Shown here: positions 52,778-64,000 of the stretch, one piece after another
Position numbering within the stretch: the stretch's first letter is position 1
How the letters are laid out: the number at the start of each line of letters is the position of its first letter
Origin: Candidatus Binatia bacterium
GTDB taxonomy: Bacteria > Desulfobacterota > Binatia > Bin18
Reading direction: 5' to 3'
Assembly (NCBI GenBank): GCA_963666315.2
Contig: CAXXHG010000043.1
Location: forward strand, 256,001-320,000
DNA: 64,000 nucleotides
Notes under the pieces: model-generated
What the model was told of the DNA's origin: nothing
The model's database searches: none
The model's input: the letters and a program-made list of their open reading frames with translations, nothing else
Program-made: the position numbers and the translations under genes

Positions 52778-53248
52778 TTATCCGCACTTCTGTAGACAAT
52801 CTCGTATGGGATCGAGTTCAGGCAGCTTGCTGGCATCTTCTGTGGTCCAGGCATACTGCACCGTTCCACTCTTGTCCACAACGAAGGCCGAACGCTTCGA
52901 TACGCCTTTGAAGCCAAGAAGATCCTCGTACAAAGAATCGTAAGCCTGAGAGACTTCTTTATTAAAGTCGCTTAAGAGCGGGAAATCATATCCCTCTTTT
53001 TCTGCCCAGGCATCAAGGGCGAATGGACTATCCACACTGATGGCAACAACTTGGGTGTCTTCGTTCTGCAACGTATTTATATTGTCTCGTACCGAGCACA
53101 ATTCTTTCGTTCAACCACCTGTGAAGGCCAGCGGTACGAAGAGGAGGACCGTATTCTTTTTCCCCTTCGCTTCGCTAAGTGAAAAATCTTTCATTTTATT
53201 TGTCTTGAGTGAAAAATCTGGGGCTGCTTGTCCGACCTGAATACTCAT
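52778..53248 (-). CDS. Selenocysteine-containing peroxiredoxin (AhpC/TSA; BCP/AhpE-like), 156 aa, Sec46
   Basis: ATG 53248 overlaps the gyrA stop. Translation reads [14 protein letters not shown]...[12 protein letters not shown](53111-53113)-TKELCSVRD...ISVDS...FPLLSD...RSAFVVD; the TGA falls at the peroxidatic PxxxTxxC position. Confidence 0.9.
53081..53102 (-). promoter_or_regulatory. Putative bacterial SECIS element
   Basis: mRNA AUUGU-G-CUCG-GUA-CGAG-ACAAU forms a bulged hairpin whose loop starts with G, 18 nt after the UGA. Confidence 0.75.
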
Positions 53249-55761
53249 TGCTGTCGCTCCTCCGTTGAGTGTGAATTGAGAGTTCCTTCTTCGTTTCCTT
53301 CTCTACTTGCTTCGCTGTCCTCTTTTACTTCATCTTCTTCTACAAGCGCAAGACTGGACACGCGTTCCTGCGCGCCGATATTAAAAAGCTTAACCCCCTG
53401 GGTATTTCTCCCAATAATTCGCAGCTCAGCGATCCTGAGTCGGATAATCTTACCGCCGTCTGTGATGAGCATTAGATGATCGTTCTCTGTCACTTGCCTA
53501 ACGCCGCAGACTTCTCCAGTTTTCTCAGTCGTACGCATGGTACGGGCTCCCTTTCCCCCGCGTGACTGAACACGATAGGCGTCTATGCTACTGCGCTTGC
53601 CGTATCCTTGAGACGAAACGGTGAGTAGCGTAGCCTCTTGATAGAGTATCTCAAGGGACACCACCTCATCTTTCTCTTCGAGCGTAATGCCTCGGACACC
53701 GAACGTCCCACGGCCAGTTGCTCTTACTTCTTTTTCTGCAAATCGAATCGCTTTTCCTTTTTTTGTCGAAAGCAATATCTCTTGTTTGCCATCAGTCAGC
53801 TGAGCTCTAATCACCTCGTCATCTGCTCCGAGGGAGAGAGCAATGATTCCGCCACGGCGTGGATTTGCATACGCCATGAGTTCAGTTTTCTTGACGTGCC
53901 CTTTGCGGGTCGCAAAGACGATGAAGCGGTCGTCTTGAAACTCTCGTATAGGAAGAAAGGATGAAATTTTCTCACCTTCTTGAAGCTGCAGAAGATTGAC
54001 GATCGCTTTTCCTTTTGCCGTACGACTCCCATGCGGAATTTCATAGACTTTGACCCAATGTACTTTTCCAATTGAGGAGAAAAATAATAGGAAGGCGTGC
54101 GTGGAGGAAATAAACATGTGTTCAACAAAGTCTTCCCCCCGCGTTGTTGCTCCGACAACGCCTTTCCCCCCACGACGCTGTGAGCGATATTCAGTGACTG
54201 GATTTCTTTTGATATACCCGGCGTGCGATATCGTCACGACCACGTCTTCTTCAGCAATGAGATCTTCATCGGAAAGATCCGCACTATCAGGCAGTATTAC
54301 GGTCCGTCGTTCGTCAGAGAATCGTGAACGCAGGTCGGCGAGCTCTTCTTTGATAACCGCGTCGATCTTTTCCGCGCTGGCCAGAGTACGTTGTAAAGCG
54401 GCCATCAGACTCACCGTTTCGTTGTGCTCTGACAGAATCTTCTCTTGTTCAAGCTGGGTGAGACGTTGCAGACGCATATCGAGAATGGCCTGAGATTGCG
54501 TTTCACTCAAAGAAAATTGATCCATGAGGGTTTGACGCACGCTGGCCGGATTCTGTCCTTGACGGATGACCTGAAGCACAGGGTCAAGGTTATCAAGGGC
54601 AATTTTGAGCCCTTCAAGAAGGTGAAGACGCTCCCCCGCTTTCTTCAGGTCGAACGCAGTCCGACGTCGGACGACCTCACGGCGGTGTTCAAGAAAGTGC
54701 ATCAGGGTATCTTTGAGGGTAAGGAGACGTGGGCGACCATCGACAATGGCGAGAAGAATAACCCCAAAGGAATCCTGAAGCGGTGTCATTTTATAGAGCT
54801 GGTTGAGTATCACCTCCGGAACAACGTCTCGCTTGAGCTCGATAACAATGCGCATCCCATCTCTGTCAGACTCGTCACGCAGGTCAGAGATTCCCGTGAT
54901 GCGCTTCTCGTTGACGAGATCCGCGATACGCTCAATCAAACGAGCTTTATTGACTTGAAAAGGAATCTCATGAGCAATAATGCGACTTCTGCTTGTCTTC
55001 TCGTTCTCCTCAATGGACATTCGGGCCCGCATCCGGATAATGCCTCGTCCCGTTTCATAGGCAGCACGAATCCCAGCTTTTCCATGAATAAAGGCCCCGG
55101 TTGGAAAGTCCGGGCCTGGGATATACTGCATCAAATCGCGGTTTTCGAGAGTCTGATTCTCAAGAAGGGCAAGAAGGGCATCGGTGACTTCGCCAAGATT
55201 ATGCGGAGGAATGTTTGTTGACATTCCCACCGCGATCCCCGAAGAACCATTGACAAGCAGATTTGGAAGTTTACTCGGGAAAACAGCAGGCTCATGACTC
55301 GTATCGTCATAGGTAGGAATGAAATTTACCGTTCCTCTATCGATATCCGCCAGTACTTCCCCAGAGATGCGGGTCATCCGAACCTCGGTATACCGCATCG
55401 CAGCAGGAGAATCGCCATCAACCGAACCAAAGTTTCCCTGTCCGTCGATGAGAGGGTAGCGAAGCGAAAAGTCCTGTGCCATGCGGACAAGGGTGTCGTA
55501 TACGGCCGAATCTCCATGCGGGTGGTATTTTCCAATTACGTCACCGACGACGCGCGCAGACTTTTTATACGAACGGTTCCATTCATTCCCAAGGTCGTGC
55601 ATGGCATACAGGACGCGCCGGTGAACTGGCTTCAGTCCATCACGGACATCGGGCAGCGCTCGACCAATGATCACACTCATGGCGTAATCCATATAGGACT
55701 GCCGCATCTCTTGTTCAATATTGACAGAGGGAAGGGGCTGGGAATCCGAATGGTCTTCCAT
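53245..55761 (-). CDS. gyrA: DNA gyrase subunit A
   Basis: [15 protein letters not shown] and GyrA-box QRRGGKG. Confidence 0.98.
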   Translation of the reverse strand: MEDHSDSQPLPSVNIEQEMRQSYMDYAMSVIIGRALPDVRDGLKPVHRRVLYAMHDLGNEWNRSYKKSARVVGDVIGKYHPHGDSAVYDTLVRMAQDFSLRYPLIDGQGNFGSVDGDSPAAMRYTEVRMTRISGEVLADIDRGTVNFIPTYDDTSHEPAVFPSKLPNLLVNGSSGIAVGMSTNIPPHNLGEVTDALLALLENQTLENRDLMQYIPGPDFPTGAFIHGKAGIRAAYETGRGIIRMRARMSIEENEKTSRSRIIAHEIPFQVNKARLIERIADLVNEKRITGISDLRDESDRDGMRIVIELKRDVVPEVILNQLYKMTPLQDSFGVILLAIVDGRPRLLTLKDTLMHFLEHRREVVRRRTAFDLKKAGERLHLLEGLKIALDNLDPVLQVIRQGQNPASVRQTLMDQFSLSETQSQAILDMRLQRLTQLEQEKILSEHNETVSLMAALQRTLASAEKIDAVIKEELADLRSRFSDERRTVILPDSADLSDEDLIAEEDVVVTISHAGYIKRNPVTEYRSQRRGGKGVVGATTRGEDFVEHMFISSTHAFLLFFSSIGKVHWVKVYEIPHGSRTAKGKAIVNLLQLQEGEKISSFLPIREFQDDRFIVFATRKGHVKKTELMAYANPRRGGIIALSLGADDEVIRAQLTDGKQEILLSTKKGKAIRFAEKEVRATGRGTFGVRGITLEEKDEVVSLEILYQEATLLTVSSQGYGKRSSIDAYRVQSRGGKGARTMRTTEKTGEVCGVRQVTENDHLMLITDGGKIIRLRIAELRIIGRNTQGVKLFNIGAQERVSSLALVEEDEVKEDSEASREGNEEGTLNSHSTEERQQ

Positions 55762-55840
55762 ACAGAGAAGATTCCTTTTTGATTGCTAGTGTTGGGCGTG
55801 GAGGTCTAGAACAAAACAGCACGAACGGCCTATTGTGAGA

Positions 55841-58288
<2,448 letters not shown>

Positions 58289-58360
58289 TTAAAGAGTAGC
58301 ATTTTCTCTGTCTTACGTAAACCGGAGGGGATATCATATATTCAGTAAAACACGTTTTTA

Positions 58361-59515
58361 CTAATTAATTTTCATGGGCATAATGATATAAGAAAATTGG
58401 TCGTTTTCTTTGGTCTGGAGCAGTCCTGGACTCATCTCATCTTTAAGGGAAAGTATGACCGTTTCTCCCTCAGTCATGACATGTAACGCCTCTATAATAT
58501 ATCTCCCATTGAACCCGATAGATAACCCGTCTCCATCGTATGAAGTAGGAATCTCCTCTGTTCCCTCCCCCAAGTCAGGAGTATTGACCGAAATATCTAC
58601 CTTGCCTTTCTCAAATTGTAATTTTACGCCGCGGGATCTTTCTGTAGTCAATATGAGAATGCGGCGAAGAGCACTGAGAAAGTCGTCACGTGAAAATTCG
58701 ATGCGGTGCTTATGCTCTTTTGGGACAATCTGCTGGTAATCGGGAAAGTCTCCTTCTATCAGACGCATAGAGAGTTCAGTTGTATTTTTCCTCAGGTTTA
58801 CGACTGACTCATTGATAGATATTTCTATTGTTTCCTCGCTCCGCTCAAGGAGTTTCCGTGTTTCAACCAAACCTTTTTTAGGAAGAATGACACTCGGCCA
58901 ATCGGGTAGAGAAGGAAGATCAACCTCCTTTTCTATAAGAGAGAGGCGGTGGCCGTCGCTGGCAACCATACGAATCTTTCCCTCTTTATGTGTTTCTAGA
59001 TGCACGCCGTTCAGGTTGAGACGGGTCTCATCTGGCGAGGTCGCAAAGAGAGTCTTCTCAATCATGTCCCGCAGCATTGGTCCGGGGAGGGAGATAAATT
59101 GATCAGCCAAGGCAGCGTTTTCTTCTTTGTGTTCCTTTCGTCCGGTTATAGTAGGAAACTCTTTTGGATCCAGGCTTGCGATTCGGAAGCGAGATTTTCC
59201 ACTATTGATCTCTATCCATCCGTTTCCGCTCGAACGTAAAAGGACCTGGCCTGACGGCAGTTCACGAATAATCTCATAGAGTTTTCTTGCATCTGCTGTA
59301 ATTGCTCCAGTAGTTTTCACCTTAGCCTTACACTGCTGACGAATCCCAATTTCAAGGTCGGTTGCTCCAAGGGAAATGATTCCCTTTTCCCCTTCCTGTG
59401 GGTCCGCTTCGATGAGAACGTGAGAAAGCATAGGAAGAGATGAACGTTTTTCAACCACACCTTGGACGAGGTATAAACACTGAAGGAGGTCTTCCTGATT
59501 GACGCTGAATTCCAT
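58361..59515 (-). CDS. dnaN: DNA polymerase III beta sliding clamp
   Basis: ATDLE, ASDGHRL, RLIEGDFPDY and IIMPM motifs. Confidence 0.97.
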   Translation of the reverse strand: MEFSVNQEDLLQCLYLVQGVVEKRSSLPMLSHVLIEADPQEGEKGIISLGATDLEIGIRQQCKAKVKTTGAITADARKLYEIIRELPSGQVLLRSSGNGWIEINSGKSRFRIASLDPKEFPTITGRKEHKEENAALADQFISLPGPMLRDMIEKTLFATSPDETRLNLNGVHLETHKEGKIRMVASDGHRLSLIEKEVDLPSLPDWPSVILPKKGLVETRKLLERSEETIEISINESVVNLRKNTTELSMRLIEGDFPDYQQIVPKEHKHRIEFSRDDFLSALRRILILTTERSRGVKLQFEKGKVDISVNTPDLGEGTEEIPTSYDGDGLSIGFNGRYIIEALHVMTEGETVILSLKDEMSPGLLQTKENDQFSYIIMPMKIN

Positions 59516-59696
59516 ATTCCTCCCTTCTTCACTTTCTTATGAGCTGAATTTTTTACTTCTCGCTCTCTTATTATTTTTATGATTACTATTATTTCTTATA
59601 CTTCTATTATTCTTATTATTCATTAATATATAAAAGTAGTTAATAGTAGTAGGGCCTGTGGATATGTGAATAAGTGGGTTAAGTATTTGATTTATA

Positions 59697-59735
59697 AAGA
59701 CAAGTTATCCACAGGGGCTGTGGATAACTTGTCTT
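59697..59735. repeat. Perfect 18-bp inverted repeat containing two DnaA boxes
   Basis: AAGACAAGTTATCCACAG-GGG-CTGTGGATAACTTGTCTT. Confidence 0.9.
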
Positions 59736-59754
59736 AGTCTCCTTTAACTGAAAC

Positions 59755-59834
59755 AGGTTATCCATAGGTTATCCATAGGTTATCCATAGGTTATCCACAG
59801 GTTATCCACAGGTTATCCACAGGTTATCCACAGG
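59755..59834 (+). repeat. Tandem array of seven 11-bp DnaA-box repeats
   Basis: (AGGTTATCCAT)x3 (AGGTTATCCAC)x4 AGG; gives four TTATCCACA and three TTATCCATA. Confidence 0.95.
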
Positions 59835-59843
59835 GAGAACGGC

Positions 59844-60496
59844 CTAGTGGGCAATCATGATTTCAATCCGGGTGAGGATATCGCGCAGCTCCCCGTCCTG
59901 TTTGAGCCGGGTCTCTATCGTATGACACGCATACAGCACCGTGGTGTGATCCGTCGACTCCGAGGAGAGATACACCACGCTGCCGCCGCCCTTTTTGACC
60001 AGCGTCTCGTGGCCAATGGCATTAATCAGATGCGTCTTCCGTAACCCCACCCCACCGTAAATGAACAGCGGATTGTAGTTCTTGCGGGGGTGTTTGCTCA
60101 CCGCCCGGGCGCCGTATGCGCAAATTGATTGCTGCCGCCCACCACAAACGAGGCAAACGTGTAGTGCGCCACCAGCCCGTTCTTCTGGGCCGCGGCTTTG
60201 TCTTCGGCCTGGGCCGCCTGCTGTTGCTCTTCGGCTGGAAACAGTTCGCCTTGGAGCTTTTCTCGCACATGGAGTACGAGGTGCGTCGGCTGCCCCCGCA
60301 CCGCGGCAAACGCCTCCTCTATGGGACCCACGAGATGGCTCAGCAGCCAATCGCGAAAGAGCGCACTGGGCACCTCCAGATGAAAGGTGTCCGCATCGAC
60401 GGACAGCGGCCGCAGTGGCTTCAGCCACGTCTCCGTCGACGTCTTGCCCACGCGCTCCTCCACCAGCCCCAACACCTGCTCCCACACCCGTTGCAT
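59844..60496 (-). pseudogene. dnaA: Disrupted chromosomal replication initiator DnaA
   Basis: Domain I ([14 protein letters not shown]) and [15 protein letters not shown] are in one frame. After a frameshift near 60110 comes [17 protein letters not shown]...YLSSES joined directly to DHTTVLYA. Confidence 0.9.
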
Positions 60497-60524
60497 ACCG
60501 GCCCCTCCCGCCCCGGCGTCTCAG

Positions 60525-60602
60525 TTATCCACACTTGTGGATAACTCTCCAACTCCTTCTCTCCCCTATGAAAATCCCCTGCCCCCTCCGGAGTTGTCCA
60601 CA
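60525..60602. promoter_or_regulatory. DnaA boxes upstream of dnaA
   Basis: TTATCCACA (60525-60533), TGTGGATAA (60536-60544) and TTGTCCACA (60594-60602). Confidence 0.8.
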
Positions 60603-61118
60603 CATACCTCTCTCCGTACCTGTCTCTCTGCCCCAGGGGTACCCCGGTGTACCGACCACGAGATCGGGGGCAAGAGAAGCAGACCCATTGCTACTCAAAA
60701 ACTTGGTCTCTGATTTCGTCAGCCCTGACGGGCTAACGGTCTTGTGTCTTGAATGCGTCTTAAACGCTTTGGACACACAATGCAAGAAAAAATGCCCAAG
60801 CCGGGCGAAGTATGGTATTTTACTCACCAATCTCGCTCGTCTAACCCCGAGTGATACCCGCCGGTTGCCCCGCCGTGGCCGCCCCGGCCCTTAGCCTCTC
60901 GTTTTTCCAGGCCTTTCTTCTGCCCGCCGCGGGATAAAAACCCTCGTACGTCTCACTTTTAGTCCTATACTTGGCAGATTCACTATATCATCCTGGATAA
61001 GTGCCCCAATTCTCAGCGGGAGCGCCTCTTTTTGTAAGACCTGGTTTTTCCCCTTGACTCTCCTCTGGGCGGATGGTAGCAGAGGAAAATCTCAAAATTT
61101 GGGTAGTGGGTAGGATGG

Positions 61119-62402
61119 ATGTCTATATCGCAAAAGCTTTTCAAAGAAGCACAAAAATATATTCCCGGTGGAGTAAATAGTCCCGTCCGTGCATGGCGTG
61201 CCGTTGGTGGCGATCCGCTTTTTATCCAAAGAGGGAAAGGCTGCCGCATTACTGACGCGGATGGGCGGGAATATATTGACTACGTTGGATCGTGGGGGCC
61301 CTTGATCGCGGGGCACGCGCATCCACAGGTGGTCGGTGCACTTGAGCGTGTGGTGAAGCAAGGAACAAGTTTCGGTGCACCAACCGTAAAAGAAATTGAG
61401 CTGGCAAAAATACTCATTCAGACAATTCCCTCCCTTGAGAAAGTCCGCCTGACATCTTCCGGCACTGAGGCGACTATGACCGCACTGCGTCTTGCACGCG
61501 GCTATACCGGACGCGCAAAGATTATCAAGTTTTCCGGCGGTTATCACGGCCACAACGATGCGCTGCTGGTGAGAGCCGGTTCAGGAGCGCTCACGTTTAG
61601 CACCCCGGATAGCGAGGGCGTCCCTGAGGCGTTTTCCAGCCAAACATTAGTAGCGGAATACAACGACCTGGCGAGTGTGACAGCCTATCTTGAGGCCGAT
61701 CCCGGAGGGGTGGCCGCTGTTATTGTTGAGCCTGTTCCTGGCAATATGGGGCTTATTTTGCCAGAGCAAGGATTCCTCGAAGGATTGCGTAGGCTCACGC
61801 AAGAGTATGGAGTAGTCCTCATCTTTGATGAAGTGATGACGGGCTGCCGTTTGGCCCGTGGTGGGGTGCAGGAGATCTACAACATAGACCCGGACGTAAC
61901 GTGCTTAGGAAAGGTGATCGGCGGCGGTCTTCCTCTCGCTGCTGTTGGGGGCAAAGCGGCTATAATGGATGTGCTTGCCCCTTCGGGGGCTGTCTACCAA
62001 GCGGGCACGCTGTCAGGAAATCCATTGGCTGTGACTGCAGGTATTGAAACGCTCAAGCTCGTGCAGGGTCCTGGAGCCTATGAGCGCCTGAATGCACTTG
62101 GGGATATGCTTGCCGAAGGATTAAGAAAGGCTATTCGAGAGACTGAGACGAAGGCGTGCGTAAACCAAATGGGATCCATGTTCACCATTTTTTTTGGGGT
62201 GGAGCACGTCCGTGATTATGAGACGGCGACCCAGAGTGACACAGAGATGTTTGCTCGGTATTTTCACGGAATGATAGCACACGGCATCTATCTTCCCCCG
62301 TCTCAATTCGAAGCCGCGTTTCTCTCCGTAGCCCATGGCGAAGCTGAAATCCAAGAGACGATCCAAGCGGCCGGTACCGTCCTCAAGAGTCTGCGCGCAT
62401 GA
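61119..62402 (+). CDS. hemL: Glutamate-1-semialdehyde 2,1-aminomutase
   Basis: PGGVNSPVRA, SGTEATM, FDEVMTG, GKVIGGGLP and YQAGTLSGNP motifs. Confidence 0.98.
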   Translation: MSISQKLFKEAQKYIPGGVNSPVRAWRAVGGDPLFIQRGKGCRITDADGREYIDYVGSWGPLIAGHAHPQVVGALERVVKQGTSFGAPTVKEIELAKILIQTIPSLEKVRLTSSGTEATMTALRLARGYTGRAKIIKFSGGYHGHNDALLVRAGSGALTFSTPDSEGVPEAFSSQTLVAEYNDLASVTAYLEADPGGVAAVIVEPVPGNMGLILPEQGFLEGLRRLTQEYGVVLIFDEVMTGCRLARGGVQEIYNIDPDVTCLGKVIGGGLPLAAVGGKAAIMDVLAPSGAVYQAGTLSGNPLAVTAGIETLKLVQGPGAYERLNALGDMLAEGLRKAIRETETKACVNQMGSMFTIFFGVEHVRDYETATQSDTEMFARYFHGMIAHGIYLPPSQFEAAFLSVAHGEAEIQETIQAAGTVLKSLRA

Positions 62403-62408
62403 GATAAC

Positions 62409-62642
62409 ATGTCAAAGGAAAACCCCCTTACCACCTATGGCCGATACGGTGCGCTAGGGTTTGAGTTTGCCGGAGCGATAGTGGCCGGGCTCCTGATAGG
62501 GAACTATGCTGACACCAGGTTTGGGACCGCGCCGCTCCTGATGGTCCTTGGCGTCGTCGTTGGTATGGCTGGCGCAATATACCGACTGATAATTGTGCTC
62601 CAGCGGCTATCTGCTCGTGAAAAAGACAATCGAGAAGATTGA
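62409..62642 (+). CDS. AtpZ/AtpI (ATPase gene 1) family protein
   Basis: Two TM helices with a G...D..FGT.P motif, upstream of atpB. Confidence 0.85.
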   Translation: MSKENPLTTYGRYGALGFEFAGAIVAGLLIGNYADTRFGTAPLLMVLGVVVGMAGAIYRLIIVLQRLSAREKDNRED

Positions 62643-63009
62643 AAGACTCAATCTCGTGCTGATTGGGGCCGGAGCGTTTGTTGGGGGGGTGACAGGACTC
62701 CTCCACGTCCCCAGCTTTCTACTTGGTGGAGGGGTCATGCACGTTAATTTCTGGCTGCTCAAAAAAATTGTTCGCTCTGTTTTCTCTCAATCCCAGGTTC
62801 GGCCGGGTACAAAAATGCGGGCCGCTTTGTGGTTTTCCGCCAAGGGTCTGTTTTTTATTCTTCTTCTGAGCGCTGTATTTTTTCGCTATCCGATTCAGGC
62901 CAAGAGCTTTGCAGCTGGGGTCCCTTTACTGCTTATCGCGTGCGTGATAATCACCCTGTTCGAGTCAAAGAGCGAGGAGGAATCCCCTCCTTCAGCAGGA
63001 GCTGAGTGA
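62617..63009 (+). CDS. atpI: ATP synthase protein I-like membrane protein
   Basis: Four TM helices (LLGG...NF) between the gene-1 protein and atpB. Confidence 0.7.
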   Translation: MKKTIEKIERLNLVLIGAGAFVGGVTGLLHVPSFLLGGGVMHVNFWLLKKIVRSVFSQSQVRPGTKMRAALWFSAKGLFFILLLSAVFFRYPIQAKSFAAGVPLLLIACVIITLFESKSEEESPPSAGAE

Positions 63010-63067
63010 GTCCTTGTTCAGCGTCCTCTCATCAAGAAAGAGCGAGTGAGAGAACTAGATCGATAAT

Positions 63068-63769
63068 ATGGAACACCATCCCTTTACCTGGGTCTCTGTT
63101 ATTCCTGGGCTCAATCTCCTCCCAGGCCACATCGCAACCTCTCTTCTTGTTTGCGCAGCTCTTATCATCTTTGCCTATCTGGCGAACCGCCAACTCGCGA
63201 ATGCTGAAGACTTAGCTGTTCCTGACGACTCCCTTACGCTCCGGAACTTCGCAGAGCTTCTGGTTCAAGGTGTATCTGATATGGCTGAGGGAGTGCTGGG
63301 CGATCAGGCGCATAAGTATATTCATCTCTATGGCAGCTTCTTTCTTTTTATTCTGGCCGCAAACCTCTCTGGACTTTTACCTGGATTTTCCCCTCCAACG
63401 AGCAATTTCAATGTGACCCTCGCTTTAGGCGTCCTCTCCTTCTTTGCCTACAACTTTTATGCTTTTCAGGAACAGGGTCTTGCCTATTTGAAGCACTTTG
63501 TTGGACCGATTTGGTGGCTGGGTATCCTGATGATCCCGCTGGAACTCATAGACAATTTCGTCCGCCCTTTCTCTCTTTCCCTGCGACTCTTTGGGAATAT
63601 GACAGGCGACCATGTTGTCTTAGAGATCTTTACGGATCTGACGAAAATTGGTATTCCGGTCGTTTTTTACGCGCTTGGGGCGTTTGTTTCTTTAATACAA
63701 GCTTTTGTTTTTACCCTGCTCAGTATGGTGTACGTCTCTCTGGCGATCCCGCATAATGGTCACCACTAA
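63068..63769 (+). CDS. atpB: ATP synthase F0 subunit a
   Basis: NLSGLLPG, RPFSLSLRLFGNM and IQAFVFTLL motifs. Confidence 0.97.
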   Translation: MEHHPFTWVSVIPGLNLLPGHIATSLLVCAALIIFAYLANRQLANAEDLAVPDDSLTLRNFAELLVQGVSDMAEGVLGDQAHKYIHLYGSFFLFILAANLSGLLPGFSPPTSNFNVTLALGVLSFFAYNFYAFQEQGLAYLKHFVGPIWWLGILMIPLELIDNFVRPFSLSLRLFGNMTGDHVVLEIFTDLTKIGIPVVFYALGAFVSLIQAFVFTLLSMVYVSLAIPHNGHH

Positions 63770-63907
63770 GACGCTGACAAGATGCAGACAAGATAAACAG
63801 TGCGATAAAACCCGTTGTCCTGGTGCGAAAGAGGTACGGTGTGGCGAGGAGGACAAGAGGAGGCAGACCTCAGACTTCGCCGTTAGGACACGAAAGGAAT
63901 GGTAGGT

Positions 63908-64000
63908 ATGAAGAAAGTATGTGTAACCGGAGTGCTGGCAGTGTTTATGCTGCTGCTGACCACTGGTGCAGCTCTCGCAGCTGACGGAGGTGGCGATTCA
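63908..64000 (+). CDS. atpE: ATP synthase F0 subunit c, N-terminal part (runs off window edge)
   Basis: MKKVCVTGVLAVFMLLLTTGAALAADGGGDS is a signal-like leader typical of deltaproteobacterial AtpE. Assigned by position after atpB. Confidence 0.6.
   Translation, partial: MKKVCVTGVLAVFMLLLTTGAALAADGGGDS

Larger units (their letters stand above)
59560..59840. other. Chromosomal replication origin oriC (between dnaA and dnaN)
   Basis: AT-rich DUE (about 59565-59636), DnaA-trios TAG-TAG-TAG (59644-59652), GGCC, tandem boxes TGTGGATAT/TGTGAATAA (59657-59673), an inverted box pair and a 7-box array. Confidence 0.92.

Noticed and set aside
54445-55782. 258-aa and 162-aa plus-strand ORFs opposite gyrA
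   Set aside because: Antisense shadows of gyrA codon structure.
59755-59834. Repeat array as a CRISPR or iteron array
   Set aside because: The units are 11 bp with no unique spacers, match the DnaA box, and have no cas or rep gene nearby.
60082-60894. 270-aa Pro/Arg-rich ORF opposite dnaA as a replacement initiator
   Set aside because: Low-complexity product of GC-rich antisense sequence with no domain features.

Overview
Origin-of-replication region of a bacterial chromosome, using genetic code 11. The gene order (parAB-atpF'FHAGDC split from atpZIBE, atpE with a signal-like N-terminus, pilMNPQ-aroCKB) suggests a deltaproteobacterial-type lineage, possibly Binatia-like; this is inference. 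Most of the window is core housekeeping: priA-def-fmt, pil/aro, rlmD-pgeF-gpsA, rpmH-rnpA-yidD-yidC-jag-mnmE-mnmG-rsmG-parS-parAB-atp, ssb, gyrA-gyrB-dnaN-oriC-dnaA and hemL-atp. Four things stand out. (1) dnaA is broken by a frameshift, a Walker A G-to-R change and a large internal deletion, yet it sits beside a complete oriC carrying seven tandem 11-bp DnaA-box repeats. (2) The ORF track misses two selenoprotein genes, each with an in-frame UGA at a catalytic Cys position and a SECIS-like hairpin whose loop starts 18 nt after the UGA. One is a UGSC-family protein with a GrdB-like U-G-x-C-x-x-C motif, encoded with a cyclase-family hydrolase and a conserved partner of unknown function; this is the best candidate for an uncharacterised system. 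The other is a Sec-peroxiredoxin translationally coupled to gyrA. (3) About ten accessory genes are eroded by internal deletions, frameshifts or nonsense codons while core genes remain intact. (4) The pilQ-aroC intergenic region is densely packed with hairpins. No rRNA, tRNA, CRISPR array or intact transposase was recognised.
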